This document shows, piece after piece, positions 7,955-17,072 of a DNA stretch of 63,880 nucleotides. Source of the DNA: a virus (Duplodnaviria; Caudoviricetes). The translations under genes and the position numbers were made by a program. The stretch is taken from IMG/VR virus record IMGVR_UViG_3300022833_000010, positions 1 to 63,880 of that record; one strand, given 5' to 3'. Positions within the stretch are counted from its first letter, which is position 1. Each line of letters begins with the position of its first letter. The notes under the pieces were generated by a model, which saw nothing but the letters and a program-made list of their open reading frames with translations, searched no databases and was not told where the DNA came from.

Positions 7955-8149
7955 TTAAGTATTACTAGACCACGATGTTTTTAATTTTTCATAAGTAACA
8001 ATAACAGTAGTAGTCTTTAGCATAACTCTTTCGCCTTTGCATTTATCACAAACTACATCTGCACCGGAAGTTTCTCTTGTTGCGTCATTCGTAGTGTAGC
8101 CACGACCTTGACATTTGTTACAAAAACAGACTTCTGTTAAAACTGACAT
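7955..8149 (-). CDS. Small zinc-finger protein (DnaJ-like CxxCxGxG)
   Basis: CNKCQGRG ... CDKCKGER. Confidence 0.65.
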   Translation of the reverse strand: MSVLTEVCFCNKCQGRGYTTNDATRETSGADVVCDKCKGERVMLKTTTVIVTYEKLKTSWSSNT

Positions 8150-8166
8150 ATTATCTCCTATTTAAG

Positions 8167-10038
8167 TTAAAGGATATCGCAACCTCCAGCACTACAAGCC
8201 AAAGTCTGAGATCCACTTGTGTTATCTTCTGACTCATACTCTTGAAGACGAGAGAAGTCAATGTCTGGCATTGCTAGTTCTGCAGCATCAAATTCTTCTT
8301 TAGTACAAGGCGTGTAAGGAGCTTGTTGGTAAGTGTGTTCAGAGTAAGGCAAGAAAGACACACCTGTGATGTAGTTAAAGTTCTCGTAAACCCAAGCTCC
8401 AACCTTCATCCACTCATTTTCTTTAACGTACACGGTAACAGACACAGAATGTTCTGACCAGTGCATTTGGAAGAGCTTCCAGTTTTCAAGTTGTTCGATT
8501 GCAGTCTGTTCATTAGCTAGAGTTGCACCTTCAGGAGACTTGATAGGGAAGTAGAAGACAGTTGTCTTAAGAGGGTTCATAACGTCTGCCTCGTTTGGCA
8601 CACCCATGTCTTTCAAGAAGGTAGTAATTGGGTCGTTGTTTGCTTGGCGTACCGCACGAATATAGTAGGGTGAGAAACGACCGTGAATACCTGAAGACGC
8701 GTCTGCAAGTTGACTTACAGTGCCGCTTGGTTTGATTGTTGTAACAGCTGTTGCAGGGTTGATACCAAGACGATCAGCATACTCTGCGTTAACGATGACA
8801 GCACTATCACGCAAACGCTCAAGCATAGCCGGATCAGGCTTGCGAAGGATTTTACAATCTTGAATACCTGTTAAGGAAACACCTAACAAACGTTCTTCTT
8901 CACAGTTCTTCTGCCAGATTTTACGTACATACTTAAAGTTAGTCAAGGAAGACTGTAACGTACCGAGAACAGTAGCTAAGTTAATCTTACGCTGAAGATC
9001 AGCTTCGGTGTCATCTACACGACACACTACTTCAGACAAATTACAAAGCTGACCAGAACGAAGCTGGATCTCGGCGCAAGGGTTTGTACCTCTAAGTTGA
9101 GTAGAATCTCGGCGCTTTGGTGCAAGAGCTTTGGCACCAGAACGGTTAAAGATACCGCGCTCACCAGAGCCTGATTTCATTAGAGCAGTCCATTCATCCA
9201 TAAACACTGCCATAGAGGGTTTATTATCGTAAGCGGCAGAGTTGTTAGCTAAAGCACGGTGTGCTGCTGTTTCCCACCAACGTCCAGACTTACAATCTCG
9301 TAGTTCTGGATCACCAAGGTCTGACAAAGAAATAAGAGCAGAACGGCGAACACCACCTACAACTACAACTTCAGCAATTTTACATACAATATCGTGAACT
9401 TCTTGAGAAGTCAACTTACGGCCAGCAGAACCACGGAAGATGTTTGTTACAAAGATCATTAAGTCTTTGAGAGGGCCGGGTCCGGAGGCGCGACCCCCCA
9501 TTGTTTTAAGACGAGCGCCTTCTGGTCGAACTTTTGTGTAATCCCAGTGGTGCATGTTACCGAGGTAAAGTTCTGCAATAAGTTTACGCAGTGCTTTAGC
9601 CCAACCTTCGGCAGAGTCTTCAACTGTAATAATACGATCTGAAAGATTAAAGGTATCATTTACAATTGGAAGGCCTGAAGTTGAAATCTTTTCACAACCA
9701 AATCCAGCGCCTGTACCAGACATCAGAATGTAAAGAATTTCATCAAACACACGAATGTGATCAACGTCAATGTAACTACAGTTGTAGCCACGGAAAGGGT
9801 TTTTACGAAGTGCATCACCAGCCGCCCAAAGCGCACGCATAGAGGGCATTACTTCACGATTATAGATAGCATCACGTAGTAATTGTAGTTCAGCGTCTGT
9901 AATGACGTTCGAGTCTACTTCTTCTCGCCAGAAGCCAACGAGACGATCTACTGTTTCATCCCAGCTTTCGCGTCGGTTTAGATTTTCCAAAAAGCGGGAG
10001 TAACGGCTCATGTGGATAAAGGATTCGTAATTGTTCAT
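8167..10038 (-). CDS. nrdJ: Class II (adenosylcobalamin-dependent) ribonucleotide reductase
   Basis: VMPSMR, GGVRRSA, TNPCAEI, CNLSE, TTIKPSGT, C-terminal CSAGGC; no small-subunit gene present. Confidence 0.92.
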   Translation of the reverse strand: MNNYESFIHMSRYSRFLENLNRRESWDETVDRLVGFWREEVDSNVITDAELQLLRDAIYNREVMPSMRALWAAGDALRKNPFRGYNCSYIDVDHIRVFDEILYILMSGTGAGFGCEKISTSGLPIVNDTFNLSDRIITVEDSAEGWAKALRKLIAELYLGNMHHWDYTKVRPEGARLKTMGGRASGPGPLKDLMIFVTNIFRGSAGRKLTSQEVHDIVCKIAEVVVVGGVRRSALISLSDLGDPELRDCKSGRWWETAAHRALANNSAAYDNKPSMAVFMDEWTALMKSGSGERGIFNRSGAKALAPKRRDSTQLRGTNPCAEIQLRSGQLCNLSEVVCRVDDTEADLQRKINLATVLGTLQSSLTNFKYVRKIWQKNCEEERLLGVSLTGIQDCKILRKPDPAMLERLRDSAVIVNAEYADRLGINPATAVTTIKPSGTVSQLADASSGIHGRFSPYYIRAVRQANNDPITTFLKDMGVPNEADVMNPLKTTVFYFPIKSPEGATLANEQTAIEQLENWKLFQMHWSEHSVSVTVYVKENEWMKVGAWVYENFNYITGVSFLPYSEHTYQQAPYTPCTKEEFDAAELAMPDIDFSRLQEYESEDNTSGSQTLACSAGGCDIL

Positions 10039-10134
10039 TTTGTTTTGTGCTTTCTTGCTCTACAAGTATTAGAAGATCAGCGGGTAGAATACCTGAACTA
10101 TAACTTCTTATTATGTATGCGGGTTTTAATTTTA

Positions 10135-10458
10135 TTAGTCTTCTTGATTATATTTCTTAAAATTAGGACGAGGTCGTGGTTTTGCCTTTAGTTCCTTTAC
10201 TCTTGTTTGTTCTACTTCAAAAGAGGGTTCGGAATAGACTTCATTAAAAGAGTACACAGGGTCGCTGTCAACCCCTGTTTTAACTAAAACCCAAGCCCAA
10301 CTAAGAAATTCTTTTTCTTCGTTAGACCATTTAACACTCTGTTTTAAAAATTGACTACAATGTTCTTCACTTTTAATAGCGCTGTACATAAAGTCATTAG
10401 CGTAGTGCCAAGCTTTTTGAAACTCTGGTTTGATACCACTGATAGCAAAGTTGTTCAT
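10135..10458 (-). CDS. Hypothetical protein
   Basis: ORF track. Confidence 0.55.
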   Translation of the reverse strand: MNNFAISGIKPEFQKAWHYANDFMYSAIKSEEHCSQFLKQSVKWSNEEKEFLSWAWVLVKTGVDSDPVYSFNEVYSEPSFEVEQTRVKELKAKPRPRPNFKKYNQED

Positions 10459-10459
10459 T

Positions 10460-10828
10460 TTAGTTTTCCTTTGTTTGATTGAAGGTTTTTACTAGGTTAC
10501 TGGGGTAAGTGTTGTATTCATAACTTTCATTTAAACCTTTGACTCTAATAGTTTTGGAGTTAAGTTTTAAAATCTTATGACTACCTCTAAAATATTGACT
10601 AGCATTTATAACATTATCACCTACTTCGAGAATACAGCCAGCTGCGTCTTTAAAGACTTCATAGTTGTTATACTCGTTTTCTAGAGAAATTGCTTTTTCT
10701 TTTGCTTGTTTTTGAGTCAAATTAAAGAAAATATCTGCTCCTGTTGTTCCAATAGTTGCGTCAATCACACACCACTCCCAAGGCAAATCATTATTGTCTC
10801 CACCTCGATACTCTGCTGTGTACCTCAA
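10460..10828 (-). CDS. Hypothetical protein
   Basis: ORF track; ATGA coupling. Confidence 0.55.
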   Translation of the reverse strand: MRYTAEYRGGDNNDLPWEWCVIDATIGTTGADIFFNLTQKQAKEKAISLENEYNNYEVFKDAAGCILEVGDNVINASQYFRGSHKILKLNSKTIRVKGLNESYEYNTYPSNLVKTFNQTKEN

Positions 10829-11034
10829 TTCATTTTATCCTTATCAAATTCCAACATAGTGTTAGCTGCGTAGTAAAGCTCTTTAGTATAGGGGTCGTCT
10901 GGATCTAGGTTAAATTCATCTACAATCCCTTCTACAAAGCTTTTTACTGCGGGTGATAACTCTCCAAGTTTAGCTTCTCCATCAAAAATAAGTTGAAGGA
11001 TAACTGATACGTAAACACATTCATTCTCTGTCAT
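10825..11034 (-). CDS. Hypothetical protein
   Basis: SD AAGGAG. Confidence 0.55.
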   Translation of the reverse strand: MTENECVYVSVILQLIFDGEAKLGELSPAVKSFVEGIVDEFNLDPDDPYTKELYYAANTMLEFDKDKMN

Positions 11035-11050
11035 AGGTACTCCTTAATGA

Positions 11051-12724
11051 TTAGATTCTTTGGAACTGCCCTGAACCTTCTTGATCTCCGTCGTCGGGGT
11101 ATTCAGTTCCCTTATCGAGTCTTCCAGTAGAAAAGTTATAAAGCAATGCTCCTGATGGGCCTGTAAGACCAGTATAACGACATTTGAGGACTTTTGTGTT
11201 AATCGTGTTTCTTTTAGATTCATTAGCATTGCCTACGTCTCTTGCAAAAGCAATAATATCATTGCTAATTTGTTTAATTGAGCCGGAGCCGCGAATGTCG
11301 TCCATAGAAGGAAGCTTACCCTCTTCAAAGGATTTGCCTTTATTGTCTGTCTTACGAAGGTGGCTAATTAGGCCAATCCACACGTTATGCTTTTTAGCCA
11401 TACGTAGAAGCTGATTCATAATTAAATCAATAGCTTCGTTGCCAGTAAGACCTTCAGCACCTTCTGAGGCAAGAATAGTAATGTGATCTACAAAAAGATA
11501 TTTAGCACCACTGAGGCACATGTACTCAAGAAAATCCATAATAGAACCGTCAGAAATACTTCCTTGATGATCAAGCACAAGGACTCGGTCACTTCCAAAT
11601 ACTCGATCATATCCTTCTTTAAGTTCTTCAACAGGAATCTCCTCTGCTGCTGTGTTACGGTTCAGAGCCATTCCAGACATTTTTCTGGCTGTTTCTGCAG
11701 GACTTTCTTCTAGAGAAATAATACCAATTTTATCCTTTGTTATATCAAGAAGATGAAAGGCAATTTCTCGTAGTAGCGTAGACTTACCGGAACCTGTCCC
11801 AGAAGTCCAAAGAGTGATTTCGCCAAATCGCATACCCTTTAACTTTTCGTTCAAGCCTCCCATGAAAGGGGGGTAAGGTACAGACTCTAACTCGTTATAA
11901 GATACTAGTTGGTTCCACAACTCATCTTTGTTAAGAATACCAGCAGGTGTGTATTCTACAGCATCGTAAATTGCTTTTAAAACTTTATCAGGGTCTTTGA
12001 TCCAAGTATCACTAGCGTCTTTTTCTGGTGTTTTAGCAATTTTGATTTTATCATAACCGATAATCTTAGCGGCTTCTTTAGTAGCATTTTTACCAGAGTC
12101 ATCATTATCAAACCAGATAACTACTTCATCAAAGTTACGGATCCACTCTCGTTCTTCAACTAGGTCTTTCAAAGTAGTTGAGGATCTAATTGACACAACA
12201 GGGTAGAATGTTCCCCAACGTTTGTACAAAGCACAAGCGATCGCTAGCGTGTCAAGTTCACCTTCAGTGATTACTAGCCGTTTACCTCCACTAAATAGAT
12301 GTTGGCCGAACAAACCACCTTTAACTTTACCTACATTTGCTTTGAAGGTCTTTGGTAGTTCACGTACTTTATATCCAGTGAGGGCTTCTCCTTTATGGTA
12401 GGGGTAGTAGTGAGTATCAATAGAACCATCAAGATCATAAGATACTTTAACACCATAATATTCTGCCACATTTTTGTTAATGTTCCTTTCTCGGAAACCT
12501 CGTGTTGGGTAGTCTTCAGACACTTCCTTAACAGTTGGACCCCAATCATTATCTACTGAATCAAAGTCTTCGTTGTTGTTGTTGCTCATGTTTTTATTAC
12601 CCTCTTTATTACCGTGTGACTTTCTGCAAGAAAAACAAAAAGTTGAACCGTCTTCATATATTTGCAAAGGGTCTGAACCGCCGCAATCTTCGCAGGGTTG
12701 ATTTTTAGTAACAATTCTACCCAT
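11051..12724 (-). CDS. T7 gp4-like primase-helicase
   Basis: CEDC...CFSC zinc finger, ITEGELD TOPRIM, GTGSGKST Walker A, FVDH, SHLRK, DIRGSGSIKQ, KCRYTG. Confidence 0.95.
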   Translation of the reverse strand: MGRIVTKNQPCEDCGGSDPLQIYEDGSTFCFSCRKSHGNKEGNKNMSNNNNEDFDSVDNDWGPTVKEVSEDYPTRGFRERNINKNVAEYYGVKVSYDLDGSIDTHYYPYHKGEALTGYKVRELPKTFKANVGKVKGGLFGQHLFSGGKRLVITEGELDTLAIACALYKRWGTFYPVVSIRSSTTLKDLVEEREWIRNFDEVVIWFDNDDSGKNATKEAAKIIGYDKIKIAKTPEKDASDTWIKDPDKVLKAIYDAVEYTPAGILNKDELWNQLVSYNELESVPYPPFMGGLNEKLKGMRFGEITLWTSGTGSGKSTLLREIAFHLLDITKDKIGIISLEESPAETARKMSGMALNRNTAAEEIPVEELKEGYDRVFGSDRVLVLDHQGSISDGSIMDFLEYMCLSGAKYLFVDHITILASEGAEGLTGNEAIDLIMNQLLRMAKKHNVWIGLISHLRKTDNKGKSFEEGKLPSMDDIRGSGSIKQISNDIIAFARDVGNANESKRNTINTKVLKCRYTGLTGPSGALLYNFSTGRLDKGTEYPDDGDQEGSGQFQRI

Positions 12725-12911
12725 TCTTATTACTATCTATAACGTTATTTAGGTGGGAAGCCATGAAAAGTTCTGAGAAATTATGACACGCTAAATAAGC
12801 AAATAAGCAACCCATGATATTAAAATCAAAAATATTAAAAGCTGCAAGAAATCCTGTAAACAAGATTATTACTTTTACTAAATATAGTGCAATAGCTACG
12901 TCTTTCAACAT
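12717..12911 (-). CDS. Small membrane protein
   Basis: Hydrophobic; coupled to neighbours. Confidence 0.5.
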   Translation of the reverse strand: MLKDVAIALYLVKVIILFTGFLAAFNIFDFNIMGCLFAYLACHNFSELFMASHLNNVIDSNKNG

Positions 12912-13408
12912 TAGTATTTTCCTTTTATAGTTTTTAAATAAGACCTTGTACGAACGCTAATTGATTCTTTAGGTACAAACCTGATAGCTGCAATCTGTCT
13001 ATTATAAAAGCGAGGTGTTTTATTATCTTCTAACTTTTCTGTCATAGATTCTGAAACCATCTGACAGTAAGCCTCAGCGTAATATAAACCTCCTTTTGTA
13101 TTATAAACATCGACAATTTCAAATACAAAATCAGATTTCTTTTGGTTTTTGAGGTCTAGTTTTAAGTGTTCAGAGGATCCAACATAAACTCGCCAAGGCA
13201 TTTCTTTACCGTAAGTAGAAGACTTTTTGAGACCTCCTCGCCAGAATTGTTTTTTACCCCAGTAGATCTGTCTTGTAATCTTGTTTTGAATGCAATACAA
13301 GAAACCAAAGTGGTCGCTAGGGTTGAAGCTGACTTTTGACTTCCAATGTCCGATTTCGTTCTTCAATAGTTTTGTCGTATACTTCTTTGTTGAGGGTGAA
13401 GTGGTCAT
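12911..13408 (-). CDS. GIY-YIG-like endonuclease (T4 endonuclease II-like); start uncertain
   Basis: FGFLYCI..KIT..IYWGKKQF, WRVYVGSS, FYN.QI. Confidence 0.75.
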   Translation of the reverse strand: MTTSPSTKKYTTKLLKNEIGHWKSKVSFNPSDHFGFLYCIQNKITRQIYWGKKQFWRGGLKKSSTYGKEMPWRVYVGSSEHLKLDLKNQKKSDFVFEIVDVYNTKGGLYYAEAYCQMVSESMTEKLEDNKTPRFYNRQIAAIRFVPKESISVRTRSYLKTIKGKY

Positions 13409-14087
13409 CTAATTTTCTCCAGATGTGCAAGAGTTTTCCATTTAATAACATGTGATCAAAACCTGCTTCACCATAGACTTTGAAGTACTCAATAGAGATA
13501 CGCTTCTTGTGTTCATCATTACCGACAGACCCTTCTAAAACTTTTTCAGCTTTTTTAGGACCAATGCCCTTAATTCCCGGAATATTGTCAACACTGTCAC
13601 CCATAAGAAGTTGTTTCCAATAAAAGTAGTTAGCCCACTCCTCACTAATTTGTTCAATAGCTTTTGTTTTAGGGTTAAAATGGGTTCCGGGAATACAATG
13701 CAAGTCTTTGTCGATTGAAACTACAACAGAATTAATATCTGCTTTTTTTGCTTCTAATGCCCATACTCGTAACATGTCATCAGCTTCACAGTTATCGGTC
13801 ATAATACAACCATCGTAATACTTTGTAGTCCACAACTTCAGGTCGTTAAACCACTCTGGTTTAGTTGAACTAGAATTTAAACGACTCTTTGAACGCTTAT
13901 AACCTTCATAAAGATCTACTCGAAAGTTATCCGGACCTCCCATGGCCATTACATAGTCTTCAGTGAACAGACTATTCAACACTGTATTAAAGTGTTCTTT
14001 AAATTTCTTTTTAGCTTTAGGTAATGTCTCTACTTTCCATATACTCATATACAGAAGAACATCGCCATCGATAATTGCTAGGTTCAT
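13317..14087 (-). CDS. 5'-3' exonuclease (T7 gp6 / FEN-like)
   Basis: IIDGD, EADD, SIDKDL, GDSVDNIPGIKGIGPKKA. Confidence 0.93.
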   Translation of the reverse strand: MNLAIIDGDVLLYMSIWKVETLPKAKKKFKEHFNTVLNSLFTEDYVMAMGGPDNFRVDLYEGYKRSKSRLNSSSTKPEWFNDLKLWTTKYYDGCIMTDNCEADDMLRVWALEAKKADINSVVVSIDKDLHCIPGTHFNPKTKAIEQISEEWANYFYWKQLLMGDSVDNIPGIKGIGPKKAEKVLEGSVGNDEHKKRISIEYFKVYGEAGFDHMLLNGKLLHIWRKLDDHFTLNKEVYDKTIEERNRTLEVKSQLQP

Positions 14088-14123
14088 TTATACTTCCTTA
14101 AATTATAATTAAGTCAACCTTTG

Positions 14124-14143
14124 ATCATTATTTGCGGGTATTT
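14124..14143 (-). promoter_or_regulatory. Phage RNAP promoter, class M/L, copy 2
   Basis: Perfect AAATACCCGCAAATAATGAT upstream of exonuclease and primase genes. Confidence 0.8.
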
Positions 14144-14533
14144 TTAGCCCTTATTTTTATAGCTCTTTTTACCGTTCAAGGCTCGGTCTTCTAACTTGAT
14201 TAAATTCCGGCGCATAAGTTCTTCTAAATTAGAACCAAGACGATCAGAAATTCGAGCAACATACCACAAGATATCTGATAGCTCATTTAGGCTTTCTTCA
14301 GTACGATTACTATCGTCACGATCTGTACGTTTTTCTTCCAGTCTTTCACTAAGAAGTTCTCCAACTTCAGAACTTAATCCCATAAACAGAGTGTCTATGC
14401 AAGTATCCTCTACTTCGAAAGCGGCGGCTTGTGTTTCATATACTTTGGTTTTGATAGACATGTTATTTTCAACCCTGCTTGCTTCAAATTTCTTAAATTG
14501 AGCCTGAGACTTTTCCCACATTTCATTTGTCAT
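14144..14533 (-). CDS. mazG: MazG-like nucleotide pyrophosphohydrolase
   Basis: GLSSEVGEL ... ELSDILWYVA ... N..KL.DR. Confidence 0.85.
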   Translation of the reverse strand: MTNEMWEKSQAQFKKFEASRVENNMSIKTKVYETQAAAFEVEDTCIDTLFMGLSSEVGELLSERLEEKRTDRDDSNRTEESLNELSDILWYVARISDRLGSNLEELMRRNLIKLEDRALNGKKSYKNKG

Positions 14534-14563
14534 AGTAACACTATCCTTGTTGTAGTTATAAAA

Positions 14564-14797
14564 TTATTTAACCTTTGCTCGATAAGTGCCAGAAGGAAGA
14601 TCCATAGCGCACAACATATCTTTAAGTTGGTTGTTAGTTAGACAAATTAAGTTTACTCCTTCAAAGTCGTCAACTTGTCGGAAAAATACAACATCATCAA
14701 ATAAAAGAACTTCCAAGTCGTCTTGCTGACCTGTTTCGTCTAGTACTGTGATTGTAGTACCGTGGCCGTTTTCAGTATCCATTTCGATTGTAAACAT
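14564..14797 (-). CDS. Hypothetical protein
   Basis: ORF track. Confidence 0.6.
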   Translation of the reverse strand: MFTIEMDTENGHGTTITVLDETGQQDDLEVLLFDDVVFFRQVDDFEGVNLICLTNNQLKDMLCAMDLPSGTYRAKVK

Positions 14798-14798
14798 T

Positions 14799-15014
14799 TT
14801 AATAGCTCTTTCTAAGAACCCACTTCAACCAAGAGTCTTGGCAGTGATCCTTTCCTAAGATTTTATCTATGATTTTACATAGGTTGATTTTGTTTTTAAT
14901 TTCTCTTTGATACTGTCTAGCAGAGAAAGTTTGACCTGCAACACCTCCAAAGATAGCGTTTATTAGAATTGAGATTGAAATTGCAATAGATCTAAAGTAT
15001 TGTTTAACTTGCAT
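14799..15014 (-). CDS. Hypothetical phage protein (NA.FGG...TFSAR...DHC family)
   Basis: Motif pattern. Confidence 0.6.
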   Translation of the reverse strand: MQVKQYFRSIAISISILINAIFGGVAGQTFSARQYQREIKNKINLCKIIDKILGKDHCQDSWLKWVLRKSY

Positions 15015-15028
15015 AGAGTTTCCTATTT

Positions 15029-15421
15029 CTAATCTGCAGTCCAGTAAGTGTTTTCTTCAATCACATAAGTCCAAGCTTTACTTTTGATTGCAGTTTCCGG
15101 TTTTATCTTTCGCATAGGGCTTAAAACATCTGATGGTATATTTTGGTATATCAACATACAAGGTTGCCGCGTATCTCCGGGAACCTGTAGTACACTTTCT
15201 TGTTTTACTGTGAACCCTAGTTTAGCTACAAAACGGACGTAGTCTTTTTCATCCATAATGAAAGAGCTTTTAAGTTTACCCCCATAATAGCTAATACACT
15301 GTATAAACCCTCCCTCTAGTTTACCCATTGCTTTAACGGTGTCAATGTGACGCAAGAACTTGGCCATAGTGTGAAGATCATGTCCGTTGTCAATTGAGAA
15401 TATGATTTTTTCTTTAAACAT
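15029..15421 (-). CDS. Hypothetical protein, possibly SAM-lyase-like (start revised to MFKEK)
   Basis: SD AGGAG; YYGGKLKSSFIM ... F..KQESVL motif. Confidence 0.45.
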   Translation of the reverse strand: MFKEKIIFSIDNGHDLHTMAKFLRHIDTVKAMGKLEGGFIQCISYYGGKLKSSFIMDEKDYVRFVAKLGFTVKQESVLQVPGDTRQPCMLIYQNIPSDVLSPMRKIKPETAIKSKAWTYVIEENTYWTAD

Positions 15422-15423
15422 TT

Positions 15424-15696
15424 TTACTCCTTTTCTTTCCAATATCTGTAGTATATGTTCTCTAACCCAGCTTTGTCGGGGTGCTTCCGTATCCACATGC
15501 CAGTACTCGGTTGGAAGTGCTTCTTGAAAAAGTTATCTAGCTTCCTGTTGCCTGTGACTACAGAAAGATCTACTTTAAGAGAAAGCGCATCAAACTCGTG
15601 ATCTGTCATAATAGACATGTTTCTGTATTCGTAGGTGTAAGCTGCTACGGATAACCGAATCCTATTACGGATTTCTGTTGATACAGCTTCTATCAA
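15424..15696 (-). CDS. Stand-alone NAD-ligase subdomain Ia-like protein
   Basis: RLSVAAYTYEY...MTDHEFDAL resembles the LigA N-terminal YY...ISDAEYD.L motif. Confidence 0.6.
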   Translation of the reverse strand: MIEAVSTEIRNRIRLSVAAYTYEYRNMSIMTDHEFDALSLKVDLSVVTGNRKLDNFFKKHFQPSTGMWIRKHPDKAGLENIYYRYWKEKE

Positions 15697-15705
15697 AGGT
15701 GTTCA

Positions 15706-15813
15706 CTAAACATCTTCAGAGTACTCTAGATTTGAATACTTTTCGTACAAATCAATAGCAGTGCTAGATAATTGATAACCTCCAAACCCTGCGTTATAAA
15801 CTACTTTAATCAT
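15706..15813 (-). pseudogene. Truncated KVV.N..FGG..LS family gene
   Basis: MIKVVYNAGFGGYQLSSTAIDLY...EDV, then TAG TGA, in frame with the downstream ORF. Confidence 0.4.
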
Positions 15814-16151
15814 TATTTGTTTTCTCCTGTAAACGCTGCCATGATCTGGGCTACGTGGTGGGCGTTGGCTGCTGCCTGCGCCTGTAGGTGACACGAAAAC
15901 GAGGGGCTTATCATTTTCTGCCCATAATAGACGTTCCATCCTGTGTTGTTCGTGCCTTTTAAGGCGTAGGTGTCACTATAAATTACGGGTGCAGCCTGTT
16001 GATATACTTGCTCGCTTGAGAAAGCAGGCCAAACCAACGGCGCAATCATATCGGGCAAGGCGGCGATTATGGCGTCTGCTGCTGGCTGGCATTGTGTGTC
16101 AATATAGCCCATGTCTAACTTATAGAGTATATCCGTGATTTTATTTCGCAT
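15813..16151 (-). CDS. Hypothetical protein (start revised)
   Basis: MRNKITDILY...; locally more GC-rich codons. Confidence 0.55.
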   Translation of the reverse strand: MRNKITDILYKLDMGYIDTQCQPAADAIIAALPDMIAPLVWPAFSSEQVYQQAAPVIYSDTYALKGTNNTGWNVYYGQKMISPSFSCHLQAQAAANAHHVAQIMAAFTGENK

Positions 16152-16563
16152 AGTCATTTGTGTTCTCCGGTGGTTTAGGTAAGGGCATCCAGTGGGTGAC
16201 TTCTGCAATGTACGACATCGCGCCACACCCTGTACTCCAATGCTTGTATATGTTATTCCAGTAAGCAACAGCAATAATCCCATTGCGAGACTGACACACT
16301 AAAATTCTATTATACCTCTTCTGCGCGGTTTCAATCGGTTGCCACATAGGGGGTGATTCATCAGCATTAGTCATTATTTTGCCCCCTGTAATAGTGTCAC
16401 CTTTAGCTGCTTCCCAACCAGACTCAAAAGCTATTCCAGCTAGGTTTTTGATATCCCGTGCCTTAGCATAGTCTCCATCGTAAATAGCCTCCTGTATTGT
16501 GCAGTCTCCTCCGTCAATATCTACACACATGAAATTATGTAGTGCTTTTTCAAGTTCAGTCAT
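16141..16563 (-). CDS. DUF551-domain protein
   Basis: WQPIETA ... VTHWMPLPKPP in the C-terminal half. Confidence 0.75.
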   Translation of the reverse strand: MTELEKALHNFMCVDIDGGDCTIQEAIYDGDYAKARDIKNLAGIAFESGWEAAKGDTITGGKIMTNADESPPMWQPIETAQKRYNRILVCQSRNGIIAVAYWNNIYKHWSTGCGAMSYIAEVTHWMPLPKPPENTNDYAK

Positions 16564-16763
16564 TTAATAACCTTTCCGTTATTATTGTCACGTACAACTC
16601 GGTGAATATCAATAAGACCACGAGCCACTACCTCAATGTTGGCCCGTGCAATTCCAATATCGTTTAGCTCTAAATCTGACAAGCTATGTAGCTCTTTGAT
16701 TGTATTGTTAATGTTACGACGACGACGAAGTGCTTCAGTAATAGCTTTAACCATGTTAGTCAT
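16560..16763 (-). CDS. DUF1127 (YjiS-like) small protein
   Basis: RRRR...T..EL..LSD.EL.DIGI.R..I signature. Confidence 0.85.
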   Translation of the reverse strand: MTNMVKAITEALRRRRNINNTIKELHSLSDLELNDIGIARANIEVVARGLIDIHRVVRDNNNGKVIK

Positions 16764-16785
16764 TCTGTATCCTTTGATTTATAAT

Positions 16786-17043
16786 TTAATCTTCTTTAGA
16801 AAACGTCGGCCAAGCTTTCCAGCAGAGAGGTCCGTGTTCTTTAGTAAACATACACCAACGGTTTTCCCGTGGCAACCAGTAAGAAATTGTTACAGTCGAA
16901 CTATCTGGGATTACTGCAAAGATACGCTCTACGATAAATCCGGGTTTAGTGATAGGCTCCCCTTCTTTATTAAATCGACCTGTTTTTACTTCGGTGTAGT
17001 AACTCTTAGGTGCTTCTTCTAAGTTGTAGTTCCATTTTTTCAT
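16786..17043 (-). CDS. Hypothetical protein
   Basis: W..N...AP ... SYWLP.E.RW.MF ... P..W..WP. Confidence 0.6.
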   Translation of the reverse strand: MKKWNYNLEEAPKSYYTEVKTGRFNKEGEPITKPGFIVERIFAVIPDSSTVTISYWLPRENRWCMFTKEHGPLCWKAWPTFSKED

Positions 17044-17072
17044 TTTAGTGTCCTGCTTTTGAGTTTAAATTT

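Noticed and set aside
10039-10134. Cobalamin riboswitch upstream of nrdJ
   Set aside because: Leader is under 100 nt and lacks B12-box motifs
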